This document shows positions 36,751 to 47,700 of a DNA stretch of 64,000 bases, one piece after another. Within the stretch, counting starts at the first letter, position 1, and each line of letters begins with the position of its first letter. The position numbers were made by a program, and so were the translations under genes. Location of the stretch: positions 310,001 through 374,000 of the forward strand of contig CM052829.1 in NCBI GenBank assembly GCA_028534125.1, read 5' to 3'. Under the pieces are notes generated by a model. It saw only the letters and a program-made list of their open reading frames with translations. It made no database searches and was not told the origin of the DNA. The stretch is from Lama glama (Eukaryota).

Positions 36751-38539
36751 CCCCCGACTCCATCTCTTCTGCTGTCGGCCCTCAGGCTGGAGGTTACCCG
36801 GCAGCAGCTGCAGCTGAGAACTGGGGGTAGGGACGCTTCTTGCTACCTGACCAGGACCAGCCGAGAGTGGGCAGCGGCTTCAGTCCCAGGAACTAAACCA
36901 AACCCGGACGCAGGTCTGTCCTCCGCTCCCTCGTCCCCGCAGCCCCGCAGGGCATATCCTGTTCCTCCAATGCAGGCATCAGAGCCGGAACAGAAAGAGA
37001 ACTGGCCACACACGGTCTGGAAATGACAGTGGAAGGCTGCCTGCTCTGGGCCCCATGTCAGGCTCCTGCAACCGGCTCACACCCGGTGAGGGTATCAGGT
37101 CCTGGGTCCAGTCTCCTGTCCGTGTGGCCAGGAGCGAGCTCGGCCAGACCCTCCACACCTGCCACCGGGCATCCAGCTGTGACCAGGGTGTGGCTGACCG
37201 TGGGGCTCCCTCTCAGGGAAGGTGTGGGGCGCCAGACCCTCTGCCCCTTGACTTGCCAGAGCCAGCCCAGGACGCCCTCGGCATGTCCTGTCCCGAGAGA
37301 CAAGACATCGTGAACAAAGTCAGCAGACAGAAGGAGGCTCTGTGTGCCTCAGACCACAGTTTACCTGCCTGGGCTCAGCGGGCCGCCGGCCAGTACCTCC
37401 AGGGCAGGCTGACTCTCATCTCCACAAGGACACCTTGACTCAGTTGAGCCAGGCTGGAGGGGACAACCCCTAGTCGTACTGGCCACCAAGAAGGAGTGCA
37501 CACGGAAAGCCTGGCCAAGGCCCCTGGGACCCTGGAGCTCTGCAGACACGCAGAGCGTCCAGTGCCTCCCAGCTAGGAGCTCGGTCCCCACCCAGGGACC
37601 TAAGCCCCTCCTGGGACATTCTGTGCTCTGAGGCCAAGGAAATTTGACAGGAAAGCACTCAGGCCCATGAAGGATCTGGAGGAGAAGCCGTTTCCCCCTG
37701 AAGGTACAGCGTCCCCCTCTGGTCTTTTCGCCTTCTGCACATGAGGGGCTGTGGCGGGGTCTCAGTGTGCCTCCTGCTCCCTGCTTGGGCCCGGCGGGTG
37801 TCGGAGCAGAAAGCCTCTCTCCACCAGGACCCCCGGCCCACGTCCTCCCTCCAGGACGCCCCGTGAGCTGGCCTGCACACCCCTAGAGCTCTAGGGGGCG
37901 AGGATTCGCACTGCCCCCTGAGGGGCAGGGCCTCGTGCCACCTCACGAGCTCCTGTGTCACCGCCCGCAAGGCCCTGTGGGCTCAGGGACTGAGGCCGGG
38001 AGAGGCACTGACTGCGGGAGTCTCAGCGCCAAGTGCTGGCCCCCGTGCGCATCTAAGACTAGCGCCGCTCGAGTGTCCTGGTCTTTGCAGGCGGGGACGC
38101 GTGTGCTGGGCCCTGAGGCCAGCGGAGCTGGCTCCGGCCGGAGTCTGTGCCCTGACCAAAGTGCATGTCCAATTCCCAAACTCCTCTGGAGGCCAAGCAA
38201 GCTGAGGTCAGCTTTCCTCCCCGTCCCCCGGAGCCCTAACGGAGGCTCCGTCCTCGACAGCCACACCCCCAAGGGAAGAGAAGCCTCCCGCTCTGCCTGG
38301 AGTCTCTGCAGTATTAGCTGCACCCAGACTGCTGGAGAGGGAATCGCGACACAAAGTTCCCGAGTCGGACAACATCCTAGCAGATACTCTGAGAGACTCT
38401 TAAAATTAGATCTGTCTTCAGACAGGCCACGCAGAGGGCCTCTCCACGGAGGTTTAGAGCAGGAACGACCGTGTTTGCCTGGCCGGCTGCTGCTTTTCCC
38501 CCAAAAGAACCACGTTTCCAGATTGAGGCGGGGCCGGGG

Positions 38540-39325
38540 GAGGGGAGGGACACCCTCCCCTCTGGGCAGCAGCTGGGCCGCACTTACTCCAGACACTCCA
38601 AGGTGTCCAGACCGTCCATCCAGGGGATGAACTGCTAGTACTGGGGGGGAAATCACTTAGCTTGTAGACAAACATTTGGCTATAAGACGTCCATTGCAGT
38701 AAGCTTTGTAATAGGGAAAATTTTGAAACAAGAAAAATAAACATTTAAAAAAATCATGGCAAATGGGTCTGATGAGATACTGTCGAGTCATCCAGTGTCA
38801 TAACGATGCCTGAAGACGGCTAGACCCCAGAGTCCGGGGCGGCTGCCTGCGGGCCAGCTCCAGCCCCACCACAAATCCCGTGTGACCCTGGCTACGGCAC
38901 AGCTTCTCTGGGCCACCGCAAGGCGGGTGGTGACAGCACCTGGGGGCCGTGAGTGTTCGGCAGACAGAGCCATGGGGCAGGGCCGGGTGCACAGTGGCCA
39001 CTGCTGCCGCTGCATCTCGGAGAGAAGACTCAGCTCACACGTTACACGTGCAGCTCCCCATTGCTAAAGGTCCCGCGCTCACTGCATATACACACGTGTT
39101 TGTGTCCACAGATGATGGGAGACGACGGACAGATGGATGGACGGGTGGAGAGATGGATGGATAGCCAGACATACAGAAAGGTCTCGAAAGAGCCTTGCAG
39201 TCGTCCCTTCTGGGCACGAAGCTTACAGGACTATTCTTAATTCTCTTCATTATTGATCTGCATCTTGTTTTGTTTTGTTTTGTTTTTCTGCAAGCAACAT
39301 GTAGTGCTTTTACAATATTAAAAAG
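38540..39325 (+). mobile_element. Fragmented L1ME-like 3' UTR
   Basis: CATTGCAGTAAGCTTTGTAATAGGGAAAATTTTGAAACAA and the terminal TTTTCTGCAAGCAACATGTAGTGCTTTTACAATATTAAAAA resemble the L1ME 3' end. The span also contains GGAT and (GTTTT)n simple repeats. Confidence 0.55.
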
Positions 39326-40585
39326 TCAACCAAGATTACCGTGAGAAATGCAGACCGTGTCCAGGCTGACGTGTACGCTAGGACCAGACACTCCCTCCAG
39401 GAAACTCCTGTCAGGGTTCCGGAACGTCACTGGTCTGGGTCTCAGAGCTTCCTCTTCCTCCAGCCTGAACCCTGACGTGCCTGGTGTCTGTCAGCATCTT
39501 CAGGTCAGGGTTTCCCCCCTCAGTCACTTTAATAGTTTTAAGCAAACTCAGAAAGGTGGTTTTTTCCCTTCTTTTTCTTTTTGTTCCAGATCAATTCTTT
39601 CTTTCCCTCCCTTCCTTTCAATTATGTGCCATTTCTTTTAATCATAAAATTGTGATGGGAAAGGGATACACAAGGCATTTTTTCCCTCTGATCTTGCAGT
39701 GGGTGGGGGGATGATAAGTAAACACATGGCCATGATTTCAGGACGGAACTGGTGAATCATGTATTTGTAACAGCAACTTTTGCAAGATCTCAGATTGGGA
39801 ATGTCCAGGACTTGCTTCTTGTTTCCCAGTCATCTGTGGAACCGTGTAATTGGGCTTCCCGCTCTCGGAATTCCCTCACTTCCAGCCACGGTGCAGACCG
39901 CAGCCAGATGGAGCGCTGACTTGCCCTCGGGCCCCTGCACTGGGCAACAGCTGGCCCCTAGCGCCCCGGAACTTTCCTGAAATGACTAAAGTCTCTGTCC
40001 GGGGAACCCGTGAGTAGCCAGCCTTCTTTCTGTGGGAAACTGGCATCAAGCTGGGTCCTGGCTGGGTCCCCTGTGGCCAGTGGGGCAGCCCTGCGCTCAC
40101 CCCTTGGAACTGGTGACAGTGTTTTCCTCCGGCCCCGCGTCCGGGCTCTGGATCTGTCTTCCATGTTCTCACCTGTTCTCACAGGGCTCCCTCTGCTCGG
40201 CCAGCTGCGCTTGTCACCAGTCGCCCTCATTTCCCTCCTCACATTCTGGACTCCAGTCCCCTGGGGACGCAGAGTCCCATCCGCAGCAAAAGCCGCCCCG
40301 CACCCCCTCCCCGGGGTCTGGAGGGAAATGAGCTGGCTGGAGGCTAACTGGTCCCCGAAGGGCTTGTTTAACCTGCGCTTTCTGCCCTAAGGTTGAGGCT
40401 GGATGGTCCTAGCTGACCTCCAACCACCGGAGTGGCCCAGGAGTCTGCAACTCTCCAGCTCCCGCCCGGGTGGGAGGCCACCACGCGCCATGGGAAGAGG
40501 CCCTGTTTGTGCATTTGTTCCTGTGTCCACGATGCTCACATCAACCCCAGTTCACTGACGCAACCCACCGCTGTCTACACTGCAA

Positions 40586-42050
40586 CTTCACCTCGCCTCA
40601 CTTCATATCACCTCACCTTGCCTCATTCTTACCTCATGTCACCTCATCTCATCCTCACCTCACCTCACTTCACCTCGTCTCACCTAACATTATCTCATCC
40701 TCACCTTACATCACTTCACCTCATCCTCATCCTCACCTTATTCTCACATCATCCTCACCTCATCTCACCTCATTCTTATCCTCACCTCACCTCATCCTCA
40801 TCTCATCTCACCTCACCTCATCCTCACCTCACCTCACCTCATCCTCATCTCACCTCATCCTCATCCTCATCTCACCTCACCTCATCCTCACCTCACCTCA
40901 TCCTCACCTCNNNNNNNNNNNNNNNNNNNNNNNNNNNNNNNNNNNNNNNNNNNNNNNNNNNNNNNNNNNNNNNNNNNNNNNNNNNNNNNNNNNNNNNNNN
41001 NNNNNNNNNNNNNNNNNNNNNNNNNNNNNNNNNNNNNNNNNNNNNNNNNNNNNNNNNNNNNNNNNNNNNNNNNNNNNNNNNNNNNNNNNNNNNNNNNNNN
41101 NNNNNNNNNNNNNNNNNNNNNNNNNNNNNNNNNNNNNNNNNNNNNNNNNNNNNNNNNNNNNNNNNNNNNNNNNNNNNNNNNNNNNNNNNNNNNNNNNNNN
41201 NNNNNNNNNNNNNNNNNNNNNNNNNNNNNNNNNNNNNNNNNNNNNNNNNNNNNNNNNNNNNNNNNNNNNNNNNNNNNNNNNNNNNNNNNNNNNNNNNNNN
41301 NNNNNNNNNNNNNNNNNNNNNNNNNNNNNNNNNNNNNNNNNNNNNNNNNNNNNNNNNNNNNNNNNNNNNNNNNNNNNNNNNNNNNNNNNNNNNNNNNNNN
41401 NNNNNNNNNNCCTCACCTCACCTTGTCCTCACCTCATCCTCAACTCATCTCACTTCACCTCATCCTCATCTCACCTAAACCTCATCCTCACCTCATTCTC
41501 ACCTCACCTCATCCTCATCTCACCTCACCCTCATCCTCACCTCATCCTCACCTCACCTTGTCCTCATCTCATCCTCATCCTCACCTTATTCTCACCTCAT
41601 CTTCACCTCACCTCATCCTCATCTCACCTCACCTCATCCTCATCTCACCTCACCTCATCCTCATCTCACCTTACCTCATCTTCACCTCATCCTCACCTCA
41701 TCCTCAACTCATCTCACTTCACCTCATCCTCATCTCACCTCATCTTCACTTCACCTCATCCTCATCTCACCTCATCCTCACCTCACCTTGTCCTCACCTC
41801 ACCCTCATCTTCACCTTATTCTCACCTCATCCTCACCTCACCTCATCCTCATCTCACCTTACCTCATCTTCACTTCATCCTCACCTCATCCTCAACTCAT
41901 CTCACTTCACCTCATCCTCATCTCACCTCATCCTCATCCTCACCTTATTCTCACCTCATCTTCACCTCATCCTCATCTCACTTCACCTCATCCTCATCCT
42001 CATCTCACTTCACCTAATCCTCATCCTCATCTCACCTCACCTCATCCTCA
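40586..42050. repeat. Long, nearly G-free CTCAC/CTCAT/CCTCAT tandem array spanning a gap
   Basis: Continuous 5-6-nt units on both sides of the N gap; only a handful of G on the + strand. Confidence 0.95.
40911..41410. other. Assembly gap (500 N)
   Basis: Run of exactly 500 N inside the repeat array. Confidence 0.99.
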
Positions 42051-42419
42051 CCCCAAGCTCACACATGAAACCGGTCTTTCTCCCTCACAAGTCCTTTTAT
42101 GGCCAGTCTTCCTCATTCTCACTCCTTTCTGCTTCCAGAAATGTAGACTCTTGCCAGGAAACAGGGCAGAAATTAATGCTCATCTTTCCTGAAGATGCCA
42201 GACCCTCGTCTCTCTTGTTTTGACTGGCTTAAAGCCCTTGTGTGTGGTGCTTGGGGCTCCTTCTGCACCGCTGCCATGGCATCCTGACGCTCCTGAGGAG
42301 GGGGTGCCTCGAGGCCTGTCCACGTGGAGCCAGCGCAGCTCTGGGGCTGGAGAAGGTCTGGGCAGCAGGCGGAGTCTCCGGGCTCTAGTCGCAGGGGGCT
42401 GCAGTGCGTCTGCCGGTCC

Positions 42420-42750
42420 CTAAGCAGGCGCCCTCTTCCCCGGGACCTCGCCATGTGGCGGTGTCCTGAGACAGTCTTTAAGAAGGTGAGTGGTCACTGG
42501 GGGACCCGATCCAGTGTGACGGGAGCCCTGCTGAGGAGAGGAGACCAGGACACACGTGCTCAAGGAGGGACTTCCTCTGAGGACCTGGGTGAGGACGGCC
42601 GTCCACACGCCAAGCAGAAAGGCCTCCGAGGGACCACCCGGCTGACGACCTGGTCTTGTTCCAGCCTCCAGGACCGTGAAGGGGCCGTTTGTTTTGTTCA
42701 CGCTCCTGATCTGCAGTATTTGTTTGGAGGCTGGAGCAGACGGACACAGG
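42420..42750 (+). mobile_element. MLT1-family (ERVL-MaLR) solo LTR
   Basis: GTCTTTAAGAAGGTGA...GATCCAGTGTGACGGGAGCCCTGCTGAGGAGAGGAGA...CACGCCAAGCAGAAAGGCCTCCGAGGGACC...TTCCAGCCTCCAGGACCGTGA...GTATTTGTT follows MLT1A/B architecture. Confidence 0.85.
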
Positions 42751-44984
42751 GACGCCGTGCTTGGGGGATGGCTCGTGGACACAGAAGAACAGAGACTTCT
42801 TGTTTGGATGCTTTGCCACTTTGACAACCACGACAGATCTCTGTTAACTGGCTTTGTCACGTCACACTGGCCTGTCCTCTGGGAAGCAGGCGGAGGAGGG
42901 AACGTGCAGGACCACACACAGAAGCAGGTCAGTGTCTTCAACCCTAAAACAGGGCCGCCAAGAATGCCTTCTCCCAGGGGTGCGGGAGCAGTGATGTGGG
43001 TGCAGGGCCTGGATCGAGGCCCCGGGAAGTGTGGGCTCCTCCCCTCCACTCAGCCCTTGGCAAGCTCATCCCTCAAAACCCTAATGGGGAACTTTCTTGG
43101 TGGAAAGTCAGCCTGGGGATGGGCCCGGGAGCTCTTGGCAGCCAGAGTTCTCGAGGGCATCCTGCCACCTCCACAGGTGTCACCGCGGGCGCATCTGCAG
43201 GTTAGAGGGGGCCTTGTCCTTGCCAGACCCATCCATCCAGACGATGCCCTGCCACTGGAGGTGGGATGGGACCTGGCACGGTGGATGGATCCGTCCCTAG
43301 AAGCTCTGCCCCTGGCGCCTCTTCCTGGAGCTGACGCTTCCCCACGCGGTCTCCCTTCCTCCTGCACAAAGCTTCCCTGCAGTCCCAGCACGCACCCTGT
43401 CAAAGGCAGATTTGTTGCTATTTTGACTTACGTATTTACTTACCAGTGCCACGTTCAATGAAGCCCAAGTGACATCCCTGACACACAGGCCATCACTCTG
43501 GCCCACACGATCAGGACCAATGGTGGGGGGTGCTTTTCTCGCCACAGCCTCGCATCAGCACAGGACCCCAGCTCCACCCACCTCTCCTCAGAGAGCTCCC
43601 ACGTGGAGCCCCGCCACGCGCCCTCTGCCACGTGTGGAGCCAAGCTCCCCTTCCTCTCCCCGCGTCTCCAACAATCTCCAGGCTGCAGCCAGAGTGACGG
43701 CTGAGAGTGCTTCTCCTCCCAGCTCCCCTTATTAAGGCCCCTCAGTGCCTACTCTGCACCCAAGACAGAGCCCCGAGTCCCTCTCTGCGCCCTGGCTTCA
43801 CTCGCCTCGGCCACAGCACAGGCCACGCTGCCAGCCACCCCTGAGTGTGGGTGTCCTCCAAGGACGCTGGTTCGGCAGGACTGTCTCGCCCGTGGACGCC
43901 TCTGGGGGCAGCAGAGATGCTGCCCTTGTTCCTCCGACACTGACCTCCAAGCCCTTCAGCAAAAGCTTCCATGCAGAAGAGTGGACCTTTTGCTTCCACG
44001 TTTTGAGCTGACCCATCCCAGCTCCGGGACTGGCACGTGCCTTGTCCCCACGACGGTTCCAGCCAGTGCCAGCTCTCGGAGGCTGGATGTGCAGTGACCT
44101 AAGGGCCGCCCCTTGGTGGCCAGTGAGCAGAGCACCCTGTGGGCCGCCCCTCGCCTGATGAGAGGCTCCTCAGCTCGCACAGGGACAGCCTGGGCTCATC
44201 CGTCCCCTCCTAACAGCGGCAACGTGGCAGGAAGCAGCTTCTCGGCGCTACTGAGAAGAACCCGCTGTCTCGTGCAACCACGAAGGTGCCAAAATCCTTG
44301 TTTCTGGATTGGAAAGTTTTAATGTAGATATTTGGCTGAGATAAACAAGACTTTCATAATGTCCCATTTGCTGAAAAATTAGAAGATTGGAAAGCTTTGG
44401 AGGATTAGCCATGAGAGAAATCACAGAACTGAAACAGAACCTCAGATAGGAGTAGCATGGAGAGGGTGTGACGGAGAAGCAGCTCGCCCGGACCTACTTC
44501 CCCTCGGGAAGGGTCCCGCGTGGAGGGGAGGGACATCCTGGGAGCCCCAGTGTCCTCCTCCCGGGCTCCCATGGCAGGTGGTGAAGGTCAAAAGAACATG
44601 ACCCCGAGGAGCTGAAAGGTGACCCACATTAAAGCCAATGGGACGGAAGGTGCTGGAAGGAGGAACAGAGGGCGTGGGTGGTGGGTTTCTGCTGGGGCTG
44701 CTGGACTGTGGTGTCAGGGCAGGCGGCATGGTTCCCAGGGCGTGGCCTCTCCTCACTCGCACGATGCCCACGCTCAGCATTACAGCTGTGCTCTAACCAG
44801 GCGTGAGAAAGTCCTGTGCCTCGGAGGCGTCTGCAAACCCCCAGGAGAGCAGGAGCTGGACGATGGTGATGAATGAATGAGTCAGGGTGATGCATCCCGA
44901 GTACTAAGGGGCCAAGGTGCTAAAGGAGATAAGACGGCTTTCTCAATCTCCTCTTAAAAATCAAGAAATAACCATTTTAATATT

Positions 44985-45043
44985 TATATATATATATATA
45001 TCCCTTTTTAAAAAGGAAACTGGCCCCTTTAAGGGGCCAGTTT
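44985..45043. repeat. Three abutting palindromes: (TA)8, CCTTTTTAAAAAGG and a 13-bp-arm inverted repeat
   Basis: (TA)8 at 44985-45000; CCTTTTT|AAAAAGG at 45003-45016; AAACTGGCCCCTT-T-AAGGGGCCAGTTT at 45017-45043. Confidence 0.9.
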
Positions 45044-47650
45044 GAAAGCCTCAAAGTGCAGAGGTTCTTGGGGATCAGATGAGTGTGTGCGGGCCAGTCA
45101 TTTCAGAGATCTTCATGCAGGGCAGGGGGCCACCTCTACCACAGGGCCATCTTCACTTTACTCAGTTTTAGAGTTTCTCTGGCAGTTGTGTATTGTTTCA
45201 TTTAACTTGATAGTGGTTGCTCAGGATGCATAAGAAAAGCTGACAGGCATTTAGAAGACTGGAGCAAGTCTGCAGGTGAACTTCAGGATGACCACCGCGT
45301 GGCCTCCATTTACCAAAATCCCTGTACAGCAAACATGTCAGGATGGAGGCAGCGGGACCCCCTGCCAGTCTCAAGAAAAGGAGAGCTCAAGGACAGTTGT
45401 CATCGATTCCACGTTTCATTTCCAGATACCACAGGCCTCACACCATCAAAGTGTGTTTGCACAGAAGAGCTCCCTGTGGTGTCCCCAGTCCTTCACGTCA
45501 CGTAGGGCCAAGATGTGGCCCACAGAGAAGCAGGTCTGCTGGGCTTTTTAAAGCTCTGAACCTTTGACTCCTAGCTTGAGGGCACATCGCATGAGAGACT
45601 CCCACTTCAAGGTACATCCAGCCCCTCGGTACGGCACCGTAGTGTAAACTTACCGATGAAGCGTGGATTTTTCTTATATTATTAGTTGAACGCAAATAAA
45701 ACTGTATATCACTTGCTAAATGAGAAACTTACGTGAATATTATTAAAGGTCATATTTAAATAAGCTTTATAATAATCTTTAACAGTGGGTCAATTTAAAG
45801 AAAGTGTTTAGTGCTTAAGACCTGTTTTAACCACTCAAAATTGACGGAATTTTGTAATAAATCCTAGGAGAGCATTTACGACCGTGAAGAGTCCATGAGT
45901 GAAAAAGAAGGGCCGGGTCAAGCCTGTACACAAGAACCCGAAACAGCAGATGCCTTTGACAGCGGCAGCGCATGAAAACCCTCTGATCCGGGAAGGCGCT
46001 GGCGGTCAAGGCGCCCGTTGGACTTGGCCTCTGCCCAGTAGACGGAGATGACTGAGCCCTGACGCAGACGTGCCATTGGGTGTGGTTACACGTTTGGCGG
46101 CGCGGTCCCGCCCACCGAAAACTTACAAATGCACGTCTCCTCCAACCTCCACTCTGACTCCCTGGGGTCACTGCCTGGGGTGCGAAGGGTTCTAGGCCAT
46201 GTTCGTGCCAAGAGGGCCAGAGTGGGAAGGGGAGGTGGGCCAGCCCGAAGGCGGGGCAGCTGCCGTGCAGAAGGTTCTGGGCGGAGCGGCAGGATCTGCT
46301 TCCAGGCCACGTCCGCCACAGGCGTGGTCTTCGTCTGGGCCTAGAGGGTGGGCCGGGCTGTGAAATGGGGGCCAGACCAGCTCACCCGCCACTCAGCCCA
46401 TCAGCACACAGGACGGCGCCGGGCGTGCTCCTGGGGCCCTGGGTCTCGTACGGGCTCTGCCGAGGTGCGTTTGCTGCCGTGTCCTCTGTCACTCGTGGGG
46501 CGAGGCTTCACGGGGGGAGGCTCCCCACCTGCCCAGGGAGGCCACACCGACGGCAGCCTGTGAAGCTGCTCTCCTTTGCTTCATGCGTCTTCTGTGCTGG
46601 CTCAGTCCGCGCTCCCACCACCACCCGTTCTGTCGTTCCGTCTCTGTGTTCTCCCAGAAGACGGAGGCTTTCTCCAGCTTTCCTCTTTTCTTTCTGAGTC
46701 TCACCAAAGTCTCCTTTCATGTCTGTATTTCTAACATGCGCCTCAGAACAGCTCCGGCCTTTGCCCGTCGCCCAGGTCCCAGGCTGCTTCCCCTCCGTGA
46801 GGGTTGGTTACAGCCGCACCCAGCTTCTCGGCACCACATCTGTCTTATTTTGCTCTGGTCACCACGGGCAGGGCTCACACGATAGAAGCGCTGGGCCCGG
46901 GAGTTGGCAGCAGAGGCAGCATGACTGGGTCCTGGCTCGCTGCGTCCACGTCACGCCCTGCTGGGGGACGGCACCCACGTTGTCCTTCTCTGACCCTACA
47001 GAGCCCAGGCTGCACTCGGCCCAGAGGAGGGAGACCAGCTGCTTCCAGACCCTGAGCTCAAGGCCGGGGAGGGCTCTTGACCCAGGACACAGGACATGGG
47101 CCTGTTCTCAGCTAAGCTGCACGTCGGTGATGCCTTGACCAACCAGGATGAACACGGAGGAGCTCAGCTTGGAAGAAATTTGCGCCAACAAGAGCTGCCC
47201 GTCACCCCGGGCCGGGGGCCTCTAAGATGGGCTTCGGGGGCCCCGGGGCACAGCAGGACTCACCTTCACCAGCTCAAGGAAGGCCCTGTGGACCGCGGGG
47301 TTCCGGTTGGCAGCCCTCCTCAACCCCAGGGGCCTCTCGTGGGGCCTGGCTGCAGCTAGCCACTCCCTGACTCCCGGTCTGGCCCCAGCCTGGATGTGGG
47401 ACCCCCGTGGCAGCAGGAGCCGGACGCCTTGCTTCTGGGGGAGGAGAAATCGGCCTGATGGACTTAGAGGCTCCATCTGTTTGCCCATCCATTGTGGAGG
47501 GGCAGCCACTAAGGCAGACATATCTTTTTCTCTGTGTTTCTAATAACGTTCCCTGATGTGCACACATGTGAGGAGATGCCGCCCCTCCTTACAAGGCACC
47601 ATCCTGTCCGATCAGGGCCCCTGTGGCCTCACGTCACCTTTTTCATCTCC

Positions 47651-47700
47651 TGTGTGAGTCTAGGTTCCCCAGAGGAACAGAACCCAGGTGCAGGGAAAGT
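47651..47700. mobile_element. Possible MLT2/ERVL LTR terminus fragment
   Basis: TGTGTGAGTCTAGGTTCCCCAGAGGAACAGAACC resembles the TGTATTAGTCAGGGTTCTCCAGAGAAACAGAACC terminus. Short match only. Confidence 0.35.

Noticed and set aside
40586-42050. Immunoglobulin switch region or telomeric repeat
   Set aside because: Minus-strand units are GAGGT/GAGAT/GAGGAT, without the AGCT hotspots of switch regions or TTAGGG; no Ig exons nearby.
40432-42223. Long Ser/His/Pro/Leu/Thr-rich ORFs (348, 515, 266 aa)
   Set aside because: Artefact: a G-free strand cannot form TAG or TGA, several frames are open, and the two longest ORFs read through 500 N.
42676-43461. 261-aa ORF with a signal-peptide-like N-terminus (MKGPFVLFTLLICSICLEAGA)
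   Set aside because: Starts at a GTG inside the MLT1 LTR; the hydrophobic stretch derives from the LTR's T-rich 3' end; no homology recognised.
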